In this document: positions 52,543-62,861 of the stretch, in pieces
Position numbering within the stretch: position 1 is the stretch's first letter
How the letters are laid out: each line of letters starts with the position of its first letter
Assembly: GCA_036257595.1 (NCBI GenBank)
Contig: DATAFF010000135.1
Span: 13,858 to 77,857, forward strand
Direction: 5' to 3'
DNA length: 64,000 bases
From: Aestuariivirgaceae bacterium
Lineage (GTDB): Bacteria; Pseudomonadota; Alphaproteobacteria; Rhizobiales; Aestuariivirgaceae
The notes under the pieces: model-generated
The model's database searches: none
What the model was told of the DNA's origin: nothing
What the model saw: only the letters and a program-made list of their open reading frames with translations
Made by a program: the position numbers and the translations under genes

Positions 52543-53337
52543 TTAGCTCTCCTCGCGAGTCAAATAATAGGCAGCGAGAATCGGCACGAACGTGATGGCG
52601 ATGACCAGCACCGCGACGACATTGGTGACCGGCCGTTGCCGCGGCCGGATGAGCTCGGTCAGCATCCAGATTGGCAGCGTCGATTGCTGTCCAGCCGTGA
52701 AGGTCGTGACGATGACCTCGTCGAACGACAACGCGAAGGCAAGCATGCCGCCCGCGAGCAGCGCTCCCCCAAGTGCCGGCAGCAGAATATGGCGCAGCGT
52801 TGCCAATCCGTCCGCACCGAGATCCATCGAGGCCTCGATCAGGTTAGGCGAGGTCCGCCGCAGTCGGGCGACCGCGTTGTTATAGACCACCACAATGCAG
52901 AAGGTGGCGTGGCCGAGCACGATCGTCCAGAATGAAAAATCGAAATCCATGATGTTGAATGCCGAGCGCAACGCAATGCCGGTGATGATGCCGGGAAGCG
53001 CGATCGGCAGCACGAACAGTAGGGAGATCGTCTCGCGGCCGAAGAACCGGGCCCGCGCCAGCGCCGCAGCGGCACAGGTTCCAAGCACGAGCGCCAGCAG
53101 CGTCGCGACCGCCGCTACCCGGAGCGACAGCATCAGCGCCGCCCATATGTCGGTCCGCTGCGCGGCGATGGCAAACCATTGAGTGGTGAGGCCGGGGGGC
53201 GGAAAGACATAGCTCTTTTCCTCGGTGGTGAAGGCGTAGAGAACGATGAGCGCGAGCGGTACATGCAGGAAGGCGAGCCCGGCTGCGGCAACGATCTTGA
53301 GGCCAAGCGGTGCCGGCTCGACGGGGTCAGATCGCAT
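52543..53337 (-). CDS. ABC transporter permease (PotC-like)
   Basis: 264 aa, 6 TM segments, with the EAA-like loop [21 protein letters not shown]. Confidence 0.85.
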   Translation of the reverse strand: MRSDPVEPAPLGLKIVAAAGLAFLHVPLALIVLYAFTTEEKSYVFPPPGLTTQWFAIAAQRTDIWAALMLSLRVAAVATLLALVLGTCAAAALARARFFGRETISLLFVLPIALPGIITGIALRSAFNIMDFDFSFWTIVLGHATFCIVVVYNNAVARLRRTSPNLIEASMDLGADGLATLRHILLPALGGALLAGGMLAFALSFDEVIVTTFTAGQQSTLPIWMLTELIRPRQRPVTNVVAVLVIAITFVPILAAYYLTREES

Positions 53338-54280
53338 CGAACGCCCCCAATCGCTTTGCCCCCCACAGATAGGCGGCCATGATCACGATCGGCACGACGG
53401 TGAAGGCAGCGGCCAACGGGATGTTTCCGGCAGTGCCCTGCTGGGCATAGACAGCCTGTCCGATGAAGAAGCTCGAATTGCCGATGATCTGCGGGATGAT
53501 GTAATCGCCGAGCGTCAGCGAGAAGGTGAAAATCGATCCGGCCGCAATGCCGGGCATCGCTAGCGGCAGCACGATATGGCGGAAGGTCGGACCGGGTGCC
53601 GCCCCGAGATCGGCCGAAGCATCGATCATGCTGCGCGGCACCCGCTCGAGCGCCGCCTGAACGGGGAGGATCATATAGGGCAGCCAAACATAGACGAACA
53701 CCACGAACATGCCGAGAAAGCTGATCGACAACGACGGGCCGCCGATCACCGGCGTCGCCAGCACGAAGTCGAGAACTGGCCCAAGCCCCGTTTGGCCGGC
53801 GAGCCAGGTGATGATGCCTTCCTTGGCGAGGATCAGCTTCCAGGCATAGATCTTGACGAGATAGCTCGACCACAGCGGCATCATCACCGCCACGTAGTAA
53901 AGGGCCTTCACCGCGCCCGTCGCATAGCGTGCCGCATAATAGGCGATCGGAAACGCGATCAACGCGGCGGCGACGGTCACGGCAGCGGCCATCAGCACGC
54001 TTCGGACGATGATGTCGATATTGGCTGGCCGCAGCAGCTCCGCATAGGTCGCAAGTGTGAACTCGTGCTTCACCATGCCGGAGAACTCGTCGACCGAGTA
54101 GAAGCTCTGGATCAGGAGCGCAATCAACGACCCGACATAGACGATGCCGATCCACAAAAGCGGCGGCACCAGCAACAGCCCAAGCAGCAGCGGCGGATTG
54201 AGATAGAGATGGTCCGACACCCGGCGCAAAATGCCATCCGGCGGCTCGGCGAGGGTTGGTGCCAGGATCGGCGCGGTCAT
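53327..54280 (-). CDS. ABC transporter permease (PotB-like)
   Basis: 317 aa with [21 protein letters not shown]. Confidence 0.85.
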   Translation of the reverse strand: MTAPILAPTLAEPPDGILRRVSDHLYLNPPLLLGLLLVPPLLWIGIVYVGSLIALLIQSFYSVDEFSGMVKHEFTLATYAELLRPANIDIIVRSVLMAAAVTVAAALIAFPIAYYAARYATGAVKALYYVAVMMPLWSSYLVKIYAWKLILAKEGIITWLAGQTGLGPVLDFVLATPVIGGPSLSISFLGMFVVFVYVWLPYMILPVQAALERVPRSMIDASADLGAAPGPTFRHIVLPLAMPGIAAGSIFTFSLTLGDYIIPQIIGNSSFFIGQAVYAQQGTAGNIPLAAAFTVVPIVIMAAYLWGAKRLGAFDAI

Positions 54281-55290
54281 GGATCGTCATCCATCGAATT
54301 CATCGCCGACGCCGGCCATGACAGCCGGATGCGCTGGCCGGTCTGAAACCGCCTGCCATCGGAAGGAACCGCAGCCCTGAGCGTCAGCCCCTCGCCATCG
54401 ACCGTGATGCGGGTCAGCGCCCCCTGATAATGGACATTGGTGATCGTCCCGATCAGGCTTGCCTCATCATTCGCCGCCAACTGCTCCGGAGCGGTCGCGC
54501 GGATCTTCTCCGGCCGCAGGCTCATCCACTTCGCCGCTGCGCCGGCCTCGCCCGCATAGGTCGGCGGCAGGACATTGGCCGAGCCGACGAAGTCGGCGAC
54601 GAATCGGGTGCGCGGCCGCTCGTAAACCTCGACCGGCGCGCCGATCTGGACGATCCGCCCCGAATGGAAGATTGCCAGCCGATCGGCCATGGCAAGCGCC
54701 TCTCCCTGGTCATGCGTGACGAAGACGAAGGTGATGCCAAGCTTGCGCTGCAGCGATTTCAGCTCCTCCTGCATCTCCTCGCGGAGCTTGAGGTCGAGCG
54801 CGCCGAGCGGCTCGTCGAGCAGCAGCACCCTGGGCTCGTTGACGAGCGCCCGGGCAAGCGCCACCCGCTGCCGCTGACCGCCCGACAGCTGGCGCGGATA
54901 GCGCCCCTCGAATCCGTTGAGCTTGACCAGTGCCAGTGCCTCGCGCGCCCGCGTCTCGCGCTCTGGCCGCGGCAGCTTACGGATCATCAGACCATAGGCG
55001 ACATTTTCCCCGACCGTCATATGGGGGAACAGCGCATAGTCCTGGAACACCGTATTGACGTTGCGCCGATAGGGCGGCAGGCCCTCGGCATGCCGCCCGA
55101 AGATCTCGATGCCGCCCTGATCCGGCTGCTCGAAGCCGCCGATCAGCCTGAGGCAGGTCGTTTTGCCGGATCCTGACGGTCCGAGCATCGCGAAGAACTC
55201 GCCCTCGGCAATGTCGAGCGTGACGCCGTCGACAGCCCGCACCGCGCCGAAATGGCGGTGAACATTGGTGAATCGCACGGCGACTGGCAT
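54277..55290 (-). CDS. ABC transporter ATP-binding protein (PotA-like)
   Basis: Walker A GPSGSGKTT, signature LSGGQRQRVALARAL and Walker B LLLDEPL. Confidence 0.9.
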   Translation of the reverse strand: MPVAVRFTNVHRHFGAVRAVDGVTLDIAEGEFFAMLGPSGSGKTTCLRLIGGFEQPDQGGIEIFGRHAEGLPPYRRNVNTVFQDYALFPHMTVGENVAYGLMIRKLPRPERETRAREALALVKLNGFEGRYPRQLSGGQRQRVALARALVNEPRVLLLDEPLGALDLKLREEMQEELKSLQRKLGITFVFVTHDQGEALAMADRLAIFHSGRIVQIGAPVEVYERPRTRFVADFVGSANVLPPTYAGEAGAAAKWMSLRPEKIRATAPEQLAANDEASLIGTITNVHYQGALTRITVDGEGLTLRAAVPSDGRRFQTGQRIRLSWPASAMNSMDDDP

Positions 55291-55360
55291 GGCGCCGCCT
55301 TACATGCGGCCCCCGCCTCCTCCCCGCAAAAGGAGAGGAAAGCGAGGGCGACCTCCCTAC

Positions 55361-56518
55361 CTACCGACCACCGAGGACCGCTATATAGTCCGAGACCCAG
55401 CGGTAATAGGGCACGCAGCCGGCGCTCTGCGATGCGCATTTGGCCACCGGCGTCCGCCAGAACTTGATCTGGTCGAAGTTCTCCGACCCGTTGGTGACGC
55501 AGCCTTCCGAACCGAGCAGCTCGTTGCCCTTGCACGCGGCCGGCACCGCCGGCACCGAGCCGAACCACGAGGCAAGATCGCCCTGCAGCTTCGGATTGAT
55601 CGAATGTTCGAGCCACATATAGGCGCAGTTCGGATGCCGCGCCTCGGAATGCATCATCGTCGTGTCGGCCCAGCCGGTCGCACCCTCCTCCGGAATGGTC
55701 GAATCTATCGGCTTCTTCTCCCCCTTCAGCAGGTTGACCTGGAACGGCCATGAAGAAGAGGCAGCGACGCCCTCATTCTTGAAGTCGTCGATCTGCACCA
55801 TGGCGTCGTGCCAATAGCGCCCGACCAGCTTGCGCTGCGACCGCAAGAGCTCGAGCGCCGCCTTGTACTGGTCTTCGTTCAGCTCATAGGGGTCCTTGAT
55901 GCCGAGCTCCGGCTTCTTCTTCATCAGATAGAGCGCCGCATCGGCAATGTAGATCGGGCCGTCGAACGCCTGCACCCGACCCTTGTTCGGCTTGCCATCG
56001 GGCAGGTTCTGCTCCTCGAACACCACCGACCAGCTCTTCGGCGGGTCCTTGAACACATCGGTGTTGTAGGCAAGCACATTGGCGCCCCATTGATAGGGCA
56101 CGCCGTAATGCTCCTTGCCGACCGTGTGCCACGGCGCTTGCTGCAGCCGCTCGTCAACCGTCGAATAGCTCTTGATGAGCTTGATGTTGATCGGCTGCAC
56201 GCGCTTGCCGGCGATCAGGCGCAGGCTGGCATCGCCCGAGGCGGTGACCAGGTCGAACCCGCCCTCATTCATCAGCGCCACCATCTCGTCGGAGGTGCCG
56301 GCGGTCTTCACATTGACCTTGCAGCCGCTCTTCTTTTCGAAATCGGTGACCCAGTCATATTTCTTGTCCGTCTCGCCGCGCTCGATATAGCCGGGCCAGG
56401 CCACGATATCGAGCTGTCCTTCGCCCTTGCCGACCTTCTTCATCTCTGCCGCAGCAAGGCCGTCAGGGGCCCCGGCAGCCGCCAGCGCCACCACCACGGC
56501 AGGTAGCAACATCCTCAT
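55361..56518 (-). CDS. ABC transporter substrate-binding protein (polyamine-type family)
   Basis: Signal peptide followed by LDIVAWPGYIE...YQWGANVLAYNTDVF. The C-terminal about 60 aa holds four Cys. Confidence 0.8.
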   Translation of the reverse strand: MRMLLPAVVVALAAAGAPDGLAAAEMKKVGKGEGQLDIVAWPGYIERGETDKKYDWVTDFEKKSGCKVNVKTAGTSDEMVALMNEGGFDLVTASGDASLRLIAGKRVQPINIKLIKSYSTVDERLQQAPWHTVGKEHYGVPYQWGANVLAYNTDVFKDPPKSWSVVFEEQNLPDGKPNKGRVQAFDGPIYIADAALYLMKKKPELGIKDPYELNEDQYKAALELLRSQRKLVGRYWHDAMVQIDDFKNEGVAASSSWPFQVNLLKGEKKPIDSTIPEEGATGWADTTMMHSEARHPNCAYMWLEHSINPKLQGDLASWFGSVPAVPAACKGNELLGSEGCVTNGSENFDQIKFWRTPVAKCASQSAGCVPYYRWVSDYIAVLGGR

Positions 56519-56545
56519 GAATAACCTCCCTGTTTCGTCATTGTT

Positions 56546-57565
56546 TTACTCCGCTCGCGGTTCGGCATACTGGCCGGAGCGGCGGTAGCGGTAAAGATAG
56601 GCTGGAAGAAGAGTCTCGATACCCTCCGGCGTGATCCCGAGGCCTTCGAGCGTCCGCCGGTCATGGCGGGCCGCTTCACTCACCACCGTATCGCGCCGCA
56701 GCATGCGCACCTGGTCGATGGTCAGGAGCGGTTTCGGCAGGAGCCCGAGCACCGCCGCCTGCGTATAGGCGAGCCACCAGGGCACCGGCAGCAGCAGCCG
56801 GCGCCTGCCGATGGTGCGCAGCACGAAGGCCATGAGCTGGCGAAACGTCAGGATTTCCGGGCCGCCCAGCTCGAATATCTGCCCGGCCGAGCTGTCATGC
56901 TCGAAGAGGCGCACCACCGCTTCGCCGACGTCGCCGGCATAGACCGGCTCGAACCGGGTGCGTCCGCCGCCGATCAGCGGCAGCGCCGGCGACCACACGG
57001 CCATCGCCGCAAAGCGGTTGAAGAAATCGTCCTCCGGCCCGAACACGATGGCCGGGCGGATGATGGTGGCGCCGGAAAACGCGCCGGCCACCGCGGCCTC
57101 GCCTTCAGCCTTGCTGCGGGCATAGGCCGACCGGCTCTGCGGATCGGCCCCGATCGCCGACACCTGGATGAAGCGCTTCGCCCCGGCATTGCGCGCCGCT
57201 CTGGCCGCCGCTCCGGCGCCATCGACATGGATCGCGGCAAAGGTCTGAGGCCCGGTCTCATGGAGAATTCCGACCATGTTGATCACCGCGAAGGCGCTGG
57301 CCGATGCCCGCTCGAGCGAATCGGGAAAACGCAGATTGGCCTGGACCGGCATGATCTGGCCCGGAAAGCCGAGCGGCTGCAGGTGATAGGCGAGATCGGG
57401 CCGGCGCACTGCAACGCGCACCCGATAGCCGCTGCGGGCCAGCGCCTGTACCACATGGCGGCCGACAAAGCCGGATCCGCCGATCACGACCACGATCCGA
57501 TCGGAGGTGTTCACCCGATGTCCTGACACTGCCGACGCGATGAGCGAGCAGGTTTGTAGCGGCAA
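56546..57565 (-). CDS. Complex I NDUFA9-like NAD-dependent epimerase/dehydratase family protein
   Basis: Rossmann motif VIGGSGFVGRHVV. An alternative GTG start at 57514 has AGGA 6 nt upstream. Confidence 0.8.
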   Translation of the reverse strand: MPLQTCSLIASAVSGHRVNTSDRIVVVIGGSGFVGRHVVQALARSGYRVRVAVRRPDLAYHLQPLGFPGQIMPVQANLRFPDSLERASASAFAVINMVGILHETGPQTFAAIHVDGAGAAARAARNAGAKRFIQVSAIGADPQSRSAYARSKAEGEAAVAGAFSGATIIRPAIVFGPEDDFFNRFAAMAVWSPALPLIGGGRTRFEPVYAGDVGEAVVRLFEHDSSAGQIFELGGPEILTFRQLMAFVLRTIGRRRLLLPVPWWLAYTQAAVLGLLPKPLLTIDQVRMLRRDTVVSEAARHDRRTLEGLGITPEGIETLLPAYLYRYRRSGQYAEPRAE

Positions 57566-57614
57566 TGCAGAGCCGTTGACAAGCAGGGAGCCCGACCATT
57601 AAGTCAGGCCGCCT

Positions 57615-57699
57615 GCCCAGATGGCGGAATTGGTAGACGCGCTAGTTTCAGGTACTAGTGCCGCGAGGCGTGGAGGTTCGAGTCCTCTTCTGGGCACCA
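57615..57699 (+). tRNA. tRNA-Leu (anticodon CAG)
   Basis: Hand-folded cloverleaf. Acceptor GCCCAGA/TCTGGGC, anticodon stem CTAGT/ACTAG with loop TTCAGGT, a long variable arm, T-loop GGTTCGAGTCC, and an encoded CCA. Confidence 0.92.
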
Positions 57700-57833
57700 A
57701 GGCTGCAAGCAAGCTCTTGATCCATTTTAAGTTCCTGACAAACCTCGAAAATCAGCCGGTGTCACTTGTGCACATCGGCGGTCCACATGGTATCAGGATG
57801 ACCGACCCACAGTCGATCGGCCTTTACCCGTGC

Positions 57834-58068
57834 TCACTCCCAATGGGGATGATACTCCGTGTGCTTGTCCGTCTGCCTGCCAAGGTACAGGTCGTCGATG
57901 TGCTTAATGAGTTTGTCGGCATCCTCGGGGCGCACCGCGCGGAGCAGCGCATCGAGCTTGGCCGTTCACATAAGCGAACCACGCGAACACCAGATGTCCG
58001 CTGAGGGATATCAGGAAGAAGCCGAGTGTCACCCATGCGTAGCCGTAGTTGCGCAAAGTACGATGCAT
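57834..58068 (-). pseudogene. Possible frameshifted small membrane-protein gene
   Basis: ATG 58068 has a strong GGAGGAG upstream and gives MHRTLRNYGYAWVTLGFFLISLSGHLVFAWFAYVNGQ, which then degenerates into an R/P-rich tail. The +1 frame reads AKLDALLRAVRPEDADKLIKHIDDLYLGRQTDKHTEYHPHWE* and has no start codon of its own. Confidence 0.3.
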
Positions 58069-58293
58069 CGGCTCCTCCAGTTGAGGGTGTGAAACAGGGG
58101 CACACCTCTATGAGCCAATAAGACCGGCAGCTAGCACGCCATCATCGGACTGAATATCCTCCTACTGTGTGACCCAACTGGGGGAGGCCCATCGCACGCA
58201 CCCAATCCCCCCGCTGGGGCTGGCGAAACCGGCCATATGGTCCTATATCCAAAGTCGGATCCGTCATGTGATCGGATCGAGGAGCGAAGGGCC

Positions 58294-58488
58294 ATGACGG
58301 CGAGGGACGCCTTGAATGCTTTGGGGGTGTTTGCGGTGGTGGCGCTCGCCACCGTGATCGTGCTGACCCTGATCGCCATCTTCACCGGCGCGGCCGTCGG
58401 CGCCTTTCTTTTCATCCTGGCCGTGGTTGCCGTCGGCTCGATTTGGCAATCGCTTCGCCGTCCGAATCGCGGCAAGCCATCTCCTTAG
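58294..58488 (+). CDS. Small two-TM hypothetical protein
   Basis: ATG 58294 with GAGGAG 9 nt upstream gives MTARDALNALGVFAVVALATVIVLTLIAIFTGAAVGAFLFILAVVAVGSIWQSLRRPNRGKPSP. Confidence 0.35.
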   Translation: MTARDALNALGVFAVVALATVIVLTLIAIFTGAAVGAFLFILAVVAVGSIWQSLRRPNRGKPSP

Positions 58489-58676
58489 ATCAACGCAGTT
58501 GCCGGGAGGATTCTTACACGCTATTGGTGTATCGAACAATCTCGGGGTGCGCAAAGATGAGCAGTCCGACGGCAGGAGACTTGCGCGCCGCCGAAACCGT
58601 GCTAAACGCTCATTCAACGCCCGAGCCGGTGCTCCCTGCGGGGCGGCACTGCAGGCTCTAGGGAATTGCGCGGCAC

Positions 58677-59288
58677 ATGCTGGTCAAGCTTTACCGGGGC
58701 GACCTGCCGGCGACGCTCGATCTCGGGCGGGAGGTCGCTATCGACACCGAAGCCATGGGGCTCAACCCCCATCGCGACAAGCTCTGCCTCGTCCAGCTCT
58801 CGTCCGGCGACGGCGATGCCCATCTTGTCCAGATCGACCGCGAGACCTTTGAGGCGCCGCGCCTCAAGGCGCTGCTGACCGACCCCGGCATTCTCAAGAT
58901 CTTTCATTTCGCTCGCTTCGACGTGGCCGCCCTGAAGGTGTGGCTCGGCGTCGATGCAGCACCGATCTACTGCACCAAGATCGCCTCCAAGCTCGCCCGC
59001 ACCTACACCGACCGGCACGGCCTCAAGGATCTGGTGCGCGAGATGCTCGGCATCGAGATGTCGAAGCAGCAACAGAGTTCCGACTGGGGCCTGCCGGTGC
59101 TCTCCGATGCCCAGAAACAATACGCCGCCCTCGATGTCATCTATCTGCACGAGATCAGATCGCGGCTCGATGCCATGCTGAAGCGGGAGAACCGGATGGA
59201 ACTGGCCCAGGCCTGCTTCAACTTCGTGTCGGTTCGCGCCGCCCTCGATCTCGGCGGTTGGACGGAGGAGGATGTCTTCGCACATTAG
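58677..59288 (+). CDS. rnd: Short-form ribonuclease D (DEDD 3'-5' exonuclease)
   Basis: VAIDTEAMGL...KIFHFARFDVA...QQKQYAALDVIYL motifs, 203 aa. Confidence 0.85.
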   Translation: MLVKLYRGDLPATLDLGREVAIDTEAMGLNPHRDKLCLVQLSSGDGDAHLVQIDRETFEAPRLKALLTDPGILKIFHFARFDVAALKVWLGVDAAPIYCTKIASKLARTYTDRHGLKDLVREMLGIEMSKQQQSSDWGLPVLSDAQKQYAALDVIYLHEIRSRLDAMLKRENRMELAQACFNFVSVRAALDLGGWTEEDVFAH

Positions 59289-59916
59289 GGCTGCGCCACG
59301 GCCGGGCAAGCGAGGGTCGAGGGCTCGGCTGTCGCTGATCATGAGCTGGGCATTCGTGTTGCTCGCGGGAGTGCTTGTCATCGGGTTCTTCATCAAGGTC
59401 GGAACCTATGAAACCATCGAGCAGCATGACGCAAGGCCGGGCCAAAAGGGCGACGGCGGGACAGGCGGCCGGACCGCCGTCTCGACATCGACCTTTTCGG
59501 GCTTCGACAGGGAGCAGCAACCCTTCCAGATCTCGGCCGAGCAGGCGGTGCGCGACAGCTCCGACTCCGGTGCGGTGTCGCTCGAACAGGTCTCCGGCAA
59601 GGTCCGCCGCAGCGACGGCGCCGTCCTCGGTTTTGCGGCCCGCCGCGGCCGTTATGTCATGAAGACAAAGCAGCTTAATCTCGCCGGCGATGTGCGCCTT
59701 GTCTCCGAGGGACGGTTCGTGGCAAGTCTGAGCGAGGCCGAGGTCGACGTCGAGAGCAAGGGGCTCGTGTCGCGCAGCCCGGTCGTGGTGGAGATGACGG
59801 ACGGCATGATTCGGGCCGGCGACATGGCGATTAGCGAGGATGGCGCGCGGGTGCTGTTCACCGGCGGGGTGAAGGCCAGCTTCGGCAACGATAGCGGCAA
59901 GGCGGATATGCAATGA
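59272..59916 (+). CDS. lptC: LPS export system protein LptC
   Basis: TM anchor WAFVLLAGVLVIGFF followed by an OstA-like beta region. It lies directly upstream of lptA. The start is uncertain; ATG 59341 is possible. Confidence 0.75.
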   Translation: MSSHIRAAPRPGKRGSRARLSLIMSWAFVLLAGVLVIGFFIKVGTYETIEQHDARPGQKGDGGTGGRTAVSTSTFSGFDREQQPFQISAEQAVRDSSDSGAVSLEQVSGKVRRSDGAVLGFAARRGRYVMKTKQLNLAGDVRLVSEGRFVASLSEAEVDVESKGLVSRSPVVVEMTDGMIRAGDMAISEDGARVLFTGGVKASFGNDSGKADMQ

Positions 59917-60458
59917 AAGCCTTCGCGCTGGTCATGGCGCTCGCCCTGTTTTTGGCACCCCTCGTTGTGGCCGGCAATGCGCTGGCGCAGGCCGTTGATG
60001 CCGCACCGATTGCGGAGGCGACGCGTCAGGGCCAGAAGGTCGATATCGAGGCGGACAACATGGAGGTCCTCGACAAGCAGCGCAAGGCGATCTTCTCCGG
60101 CAACGTCAATGCCGCGCGTGGCGGCGTCACCCTGAAGAGCAACAAGCTCGTCGTCGACTACCAGAGCGGCGGCACCAACAAGAAGGGCCAGGCCAAGAGC
60201 GGTGGCGGCAACGAGGTCACCAATCTCGAGGCCACCGGCAGCGTCGTCATCATCACGCGCACCCAGAAGATTACCGGGGACAAGGCCCTGATCGACGTCA
60301 AGGCCAACCGCCTGACCGTCGATGGCAATGTGGTGGTGGAGCAGGGCGGCTCGGTGGTCAGGGGCAATCAGCTCGTGGTCGATCTTGCGACCAATCGCAG
60401 CCAGATGACCGGAGGCCGGGTCAAAGGGCTCTTCACCCCCAGTCAGAAAACCCCATGA
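59913..60458 (+). CDS. lptA: LPS export periplasmic protein LptA
   Basis: Signal peptide, then VDIEADNMEVLDKQRKAIFSGNV. Start overlaps the lptC stop as ATGA. Confidence 0.85.
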   Translation: MKAFALVMALALFLAPLVVAGNALAQAVDAAPIAEATRQGQKVDIEADNMEVLDKQRKAIFSGNVNAARGGVTLKSNKLVVDYQSGGTNKKGQAKSGGGNEVTNLEATGSVVIITRTQKITGDKALIDVKANRLTVDGNVVVEQGGSVVRGNQLVVDLATNRSQMTGGRVKGLFTPSQKTP

Positions 60459-60512
60459 TCCGAAAGCCGCCGCCATGGGTTTTCACCCGATCTTAAGACA
60501 ATTGGGGCGCTA

Positions 60513-61292
60513 ATGGGCGCGTGGCGGAACGGTCCTGGCAGCACGCCTGAGCCAGTCGACGAGCCGGCCGACGATGGTCTTGTGGCGATGGAGCTCGCCA
60601 AGGCCTATCGGCGCCGGCCGGTGGTAAGAGGGGTCAGCCTCGCCGTCCGTCGCGGAGAGGCCGTGGGACTGCTCGGACCCAACGGCGCGGGAAAGACCAC
60701 GGTGTTCTACATGATCACCGGGCTGATCGCCGCCGATGAGGGCATGATCACGCTCGATGGGGCAGATATCACCCATCTGCCGATGTACAAGAGGGCACGC
60801 CTCGGCATCGGCTACCTGCCCCAGGAGGCGTCCATTTTCCGGGGACTCACGGTCGAGGACAACATCCGAGCCGTTCTCGAGCTCCATGAGAGCAGACGGG
60901 CGGCACGCGAGGAGAAACTCCGTGAGTTGCTCGAAGAGTTTCAGATCTCCCATATCCGGCGTTCGCCATCTGTGGCGCTGTCTGGCGGCGAACGCCGACG
61001 CGCTGAGATTGCGCGCGCTCTCGCCGCCGAGCCGCAATTCATGCTTCTCGACGAGCCTTTTGCCGGAATCGACCCGATTGCGATCAGTGATATCCGCCAG
61101 CTGGTGCGCCAGCTCACCTCTCGGGGAATCGGGGTGCTTATTACGGATCACAACGTGCGCGAGACGCTCGAGCTTATCGACCGGGCCCTCATCATCCACG
61201 AAGGCCGGGTTCTGATGGAGGGGGCGCCGTGGGAAATCGTCGCCAGCCCCGACGTCCGGCGCCTTTACCTCGGCGAAGGTTTCAGCCTCTAA
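60513..61292 (+). CDS. lptB: LPS export ABC transporter ATP-binding protein LptB
   Basis: [24 protein letters not shown] and [12 protein letters not shown]. Confidence 0.93.
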   Translation: MGAWRNGPGSTPEPVDEPADDGLVAMELAKAYRRRPVVRGVSLAVRRGEAVGLLGPNGAGKTTVFYMITGLIAADEGMITLDGADITHLPMYKRARLGIGYLPQEASIFRGLTVEDNIRAVLELHESRRAAREEKLRELLEEFQISHIRRSPSVALSGGERRRAEIARALAAEPQFMLLDEPFAGIDPIAISDIRQLVRQLTSRGIGVLITDHNVRETLELIDRALIIHEGRVLMEGAPWEIVASPDVRRLYLGEGFSL

Positions 61293-61340
61293 TCGGCCCA
61301 TGGCAGGAAGCCGCCGACAATCTCCTCTGGGCAATTAGGG

Positions 61341-62756
61341 ATGGCGCTCGTCCAGAAGCTCGAATTGCGCCACGGCCAGTCGTTGGTCATGACGCCGCAG
61401 CTGCAGCAGGCGATCAAGTTCCTGCAGATGTCCAATCTCGAGCTCAAGGCGTTCATTGAGGAGGAGATCGAGCGCAATCCGTTGCTCGAGCGCGCCGGCG
61501 ACCCCCCGGCAGAACCGCCGGCCGAGCCCGCTGCCCCCCGACCCGAAGCTGCCGATGAGCCAGAGCCGGTGGCGATGGTGCCTGAGCTCAGGGATTCCGG
61601 TTGGCAGAGCGATCGCTCCGGTTCCCGACTGCCCGCCGCCGACCAGGAATTCGCCGCCACCGTCGGTGAGGAGCCGACCCTCGCCAGCCACCTCACCGAC
61701 CAGCTCAACATCGCCATCACCGACCCCAGGCGCCGACTGATCGGCGCCAATCTGATCGGCTTGATCGACGAGGCCGGCTACCTCGTCGCCGATCTCGAAC
61801 AGCTGGCGGAAAGTCTCGGCGTCTCTGTCGAGCTCATTGCCGAGGTGCTGCGGGAGCTTCAAGGCTTCGATCCGCCGGGCGTGTTCGCCCGCGACCTGAG
61901 GGAATGCCTGAGCCTGCAGCTCAAGGACAAGGATCGCTTCGACCCGGCAATGGAGCGGCTCGTCGACAATTTGACATTGGTGGCGCGCCGCGACTTCGCC
62001 GCCCTTTCTGCGCTCTGCGGCGTCGATCTCGACGATGTCCGGGACATGATAGCCGAGCTCAGGCGGCTCAATCCCAAGCCCGGCAACGCCTTTGGTACGG
62101 TGGTGGTGCAGCCGGTCATCGCCGATGTGATCGTCAAGCCGGCGCCCGACGGCGCCTGGCTTGTCGAGCTCAACTCAGAGACCCTGCCGCGCCTTTTGAT
62201 GAACAGCCAATATTATGCGACCGTCTCTCGTCGACCGCTCAACCAGGCTGATCGGCTCTATCTCGGCGAATGCCACGCCAATGCCAATTGGCTGTTGCGC
62301 AGTCTCGATCAGCGCGCCCGCACCATTCTGGCGGTGGCCCGCGAGATCGTTCGCCAGCAGGATGGTTTTCTGGTGCACGGCATCAAGGCGCTGCGGCCGC
62401 TCAATCTCAAGATCATCGCCGATGCGATCTCGATGCATGAATCGACGGTCAGCCGGGTCACCTCGAACAAATACATCGCCACCCCGCGCGGCACCTTCGA
62501 GATGAAATATTTCTTCACCGCTGCCATTTCCTCGGCCGAGGGCGGCGATTCCCATTCCGCCGAGGCGGTCCGCCACCGAATCAAGGAAATGGTTGATCGC
62601 GAGCCCCCCGGCAGCGCCCTTTCGGACACGGAAATTGTCGACCGGTTGCGCCAGGATGGCATTGACATAGCCCGCCGTACGGTGGCCAAGTATCGCGACG
62701 CGCTTGGAATTCCCTCTTCAGTGCAACGCCAGCGCGAGCACCGACTGACCCGCTGA
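61341..62756 (+). CDS. rpoN: RNA polymerase sigma-54 factor
   Basis: MALVQKLELRHGQSLVMTPQLQQAIKFLQMSNLEL... and the RpoN box ARRTVAKYR. Confidence 0.95.
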   Translation: MALVQKLELRHGQSLVMTPQLQQAIKFLQMSNLELKAFIEEEIERNPLLERAGDPPAEPPAEPAAPRPEAADEPEPVAMVPELRDSGWQSDRSGSRLPAADQEFAATVGEEPTLASHLTDQLNIAITDPRRRLIGANLIGLIDEAGYLVADLEQLAESLGVSVELIAEVLRELQGFDPPGVFARDLRECLSLQLKDKDRFDPAMERLVDNLTLVARRDFAALSALCGVDLDDVRDMIAELRRLNPKPGNAFGTVVVQPVIADVIVKPAPDGAWLVELNSETLPRLLMNSQYYATVSRRPLNQADRLYLGECHANANWLLRSLDQRARTILAVAREIVRQQDGFLVHGIKALRPLNLKIIADAISMHESTVSRVTSNKYIATPRGTFEMKYFFTAAISSAEGGDSHSAEAVRHRIKEMVDREPPGSALSDTEIVDRLRQDGIDIARRTVAKYRDALGIPSSVQRQREHRLTR

Positions 62757-62861
62757 GCAGGCCGGAAACGGCCATATTGGCAGTTGACGTTGTTGCCCGG
62801 TGCAACTAGTGTCCGCCCGCTCCGCGCCGGACAGTGGGGAACGACGGGGAGACGGCACGTC

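Noticed and set aside
57621-58004. 127-aa plus-strand ORF starting inside the tRNA
   Set aside because: It begins within tRNA-Leu and has no SD. It is an artefact of the open frame.
57700-58676. Integrated genomic island or prophage at tRNA-Leu
   Set aside because: There is no integrase or phage gene, and I could not find a direct repeat of the tRNA 3' end downstream. At most it is a degraded scar, which I reported as a low-interest finding.
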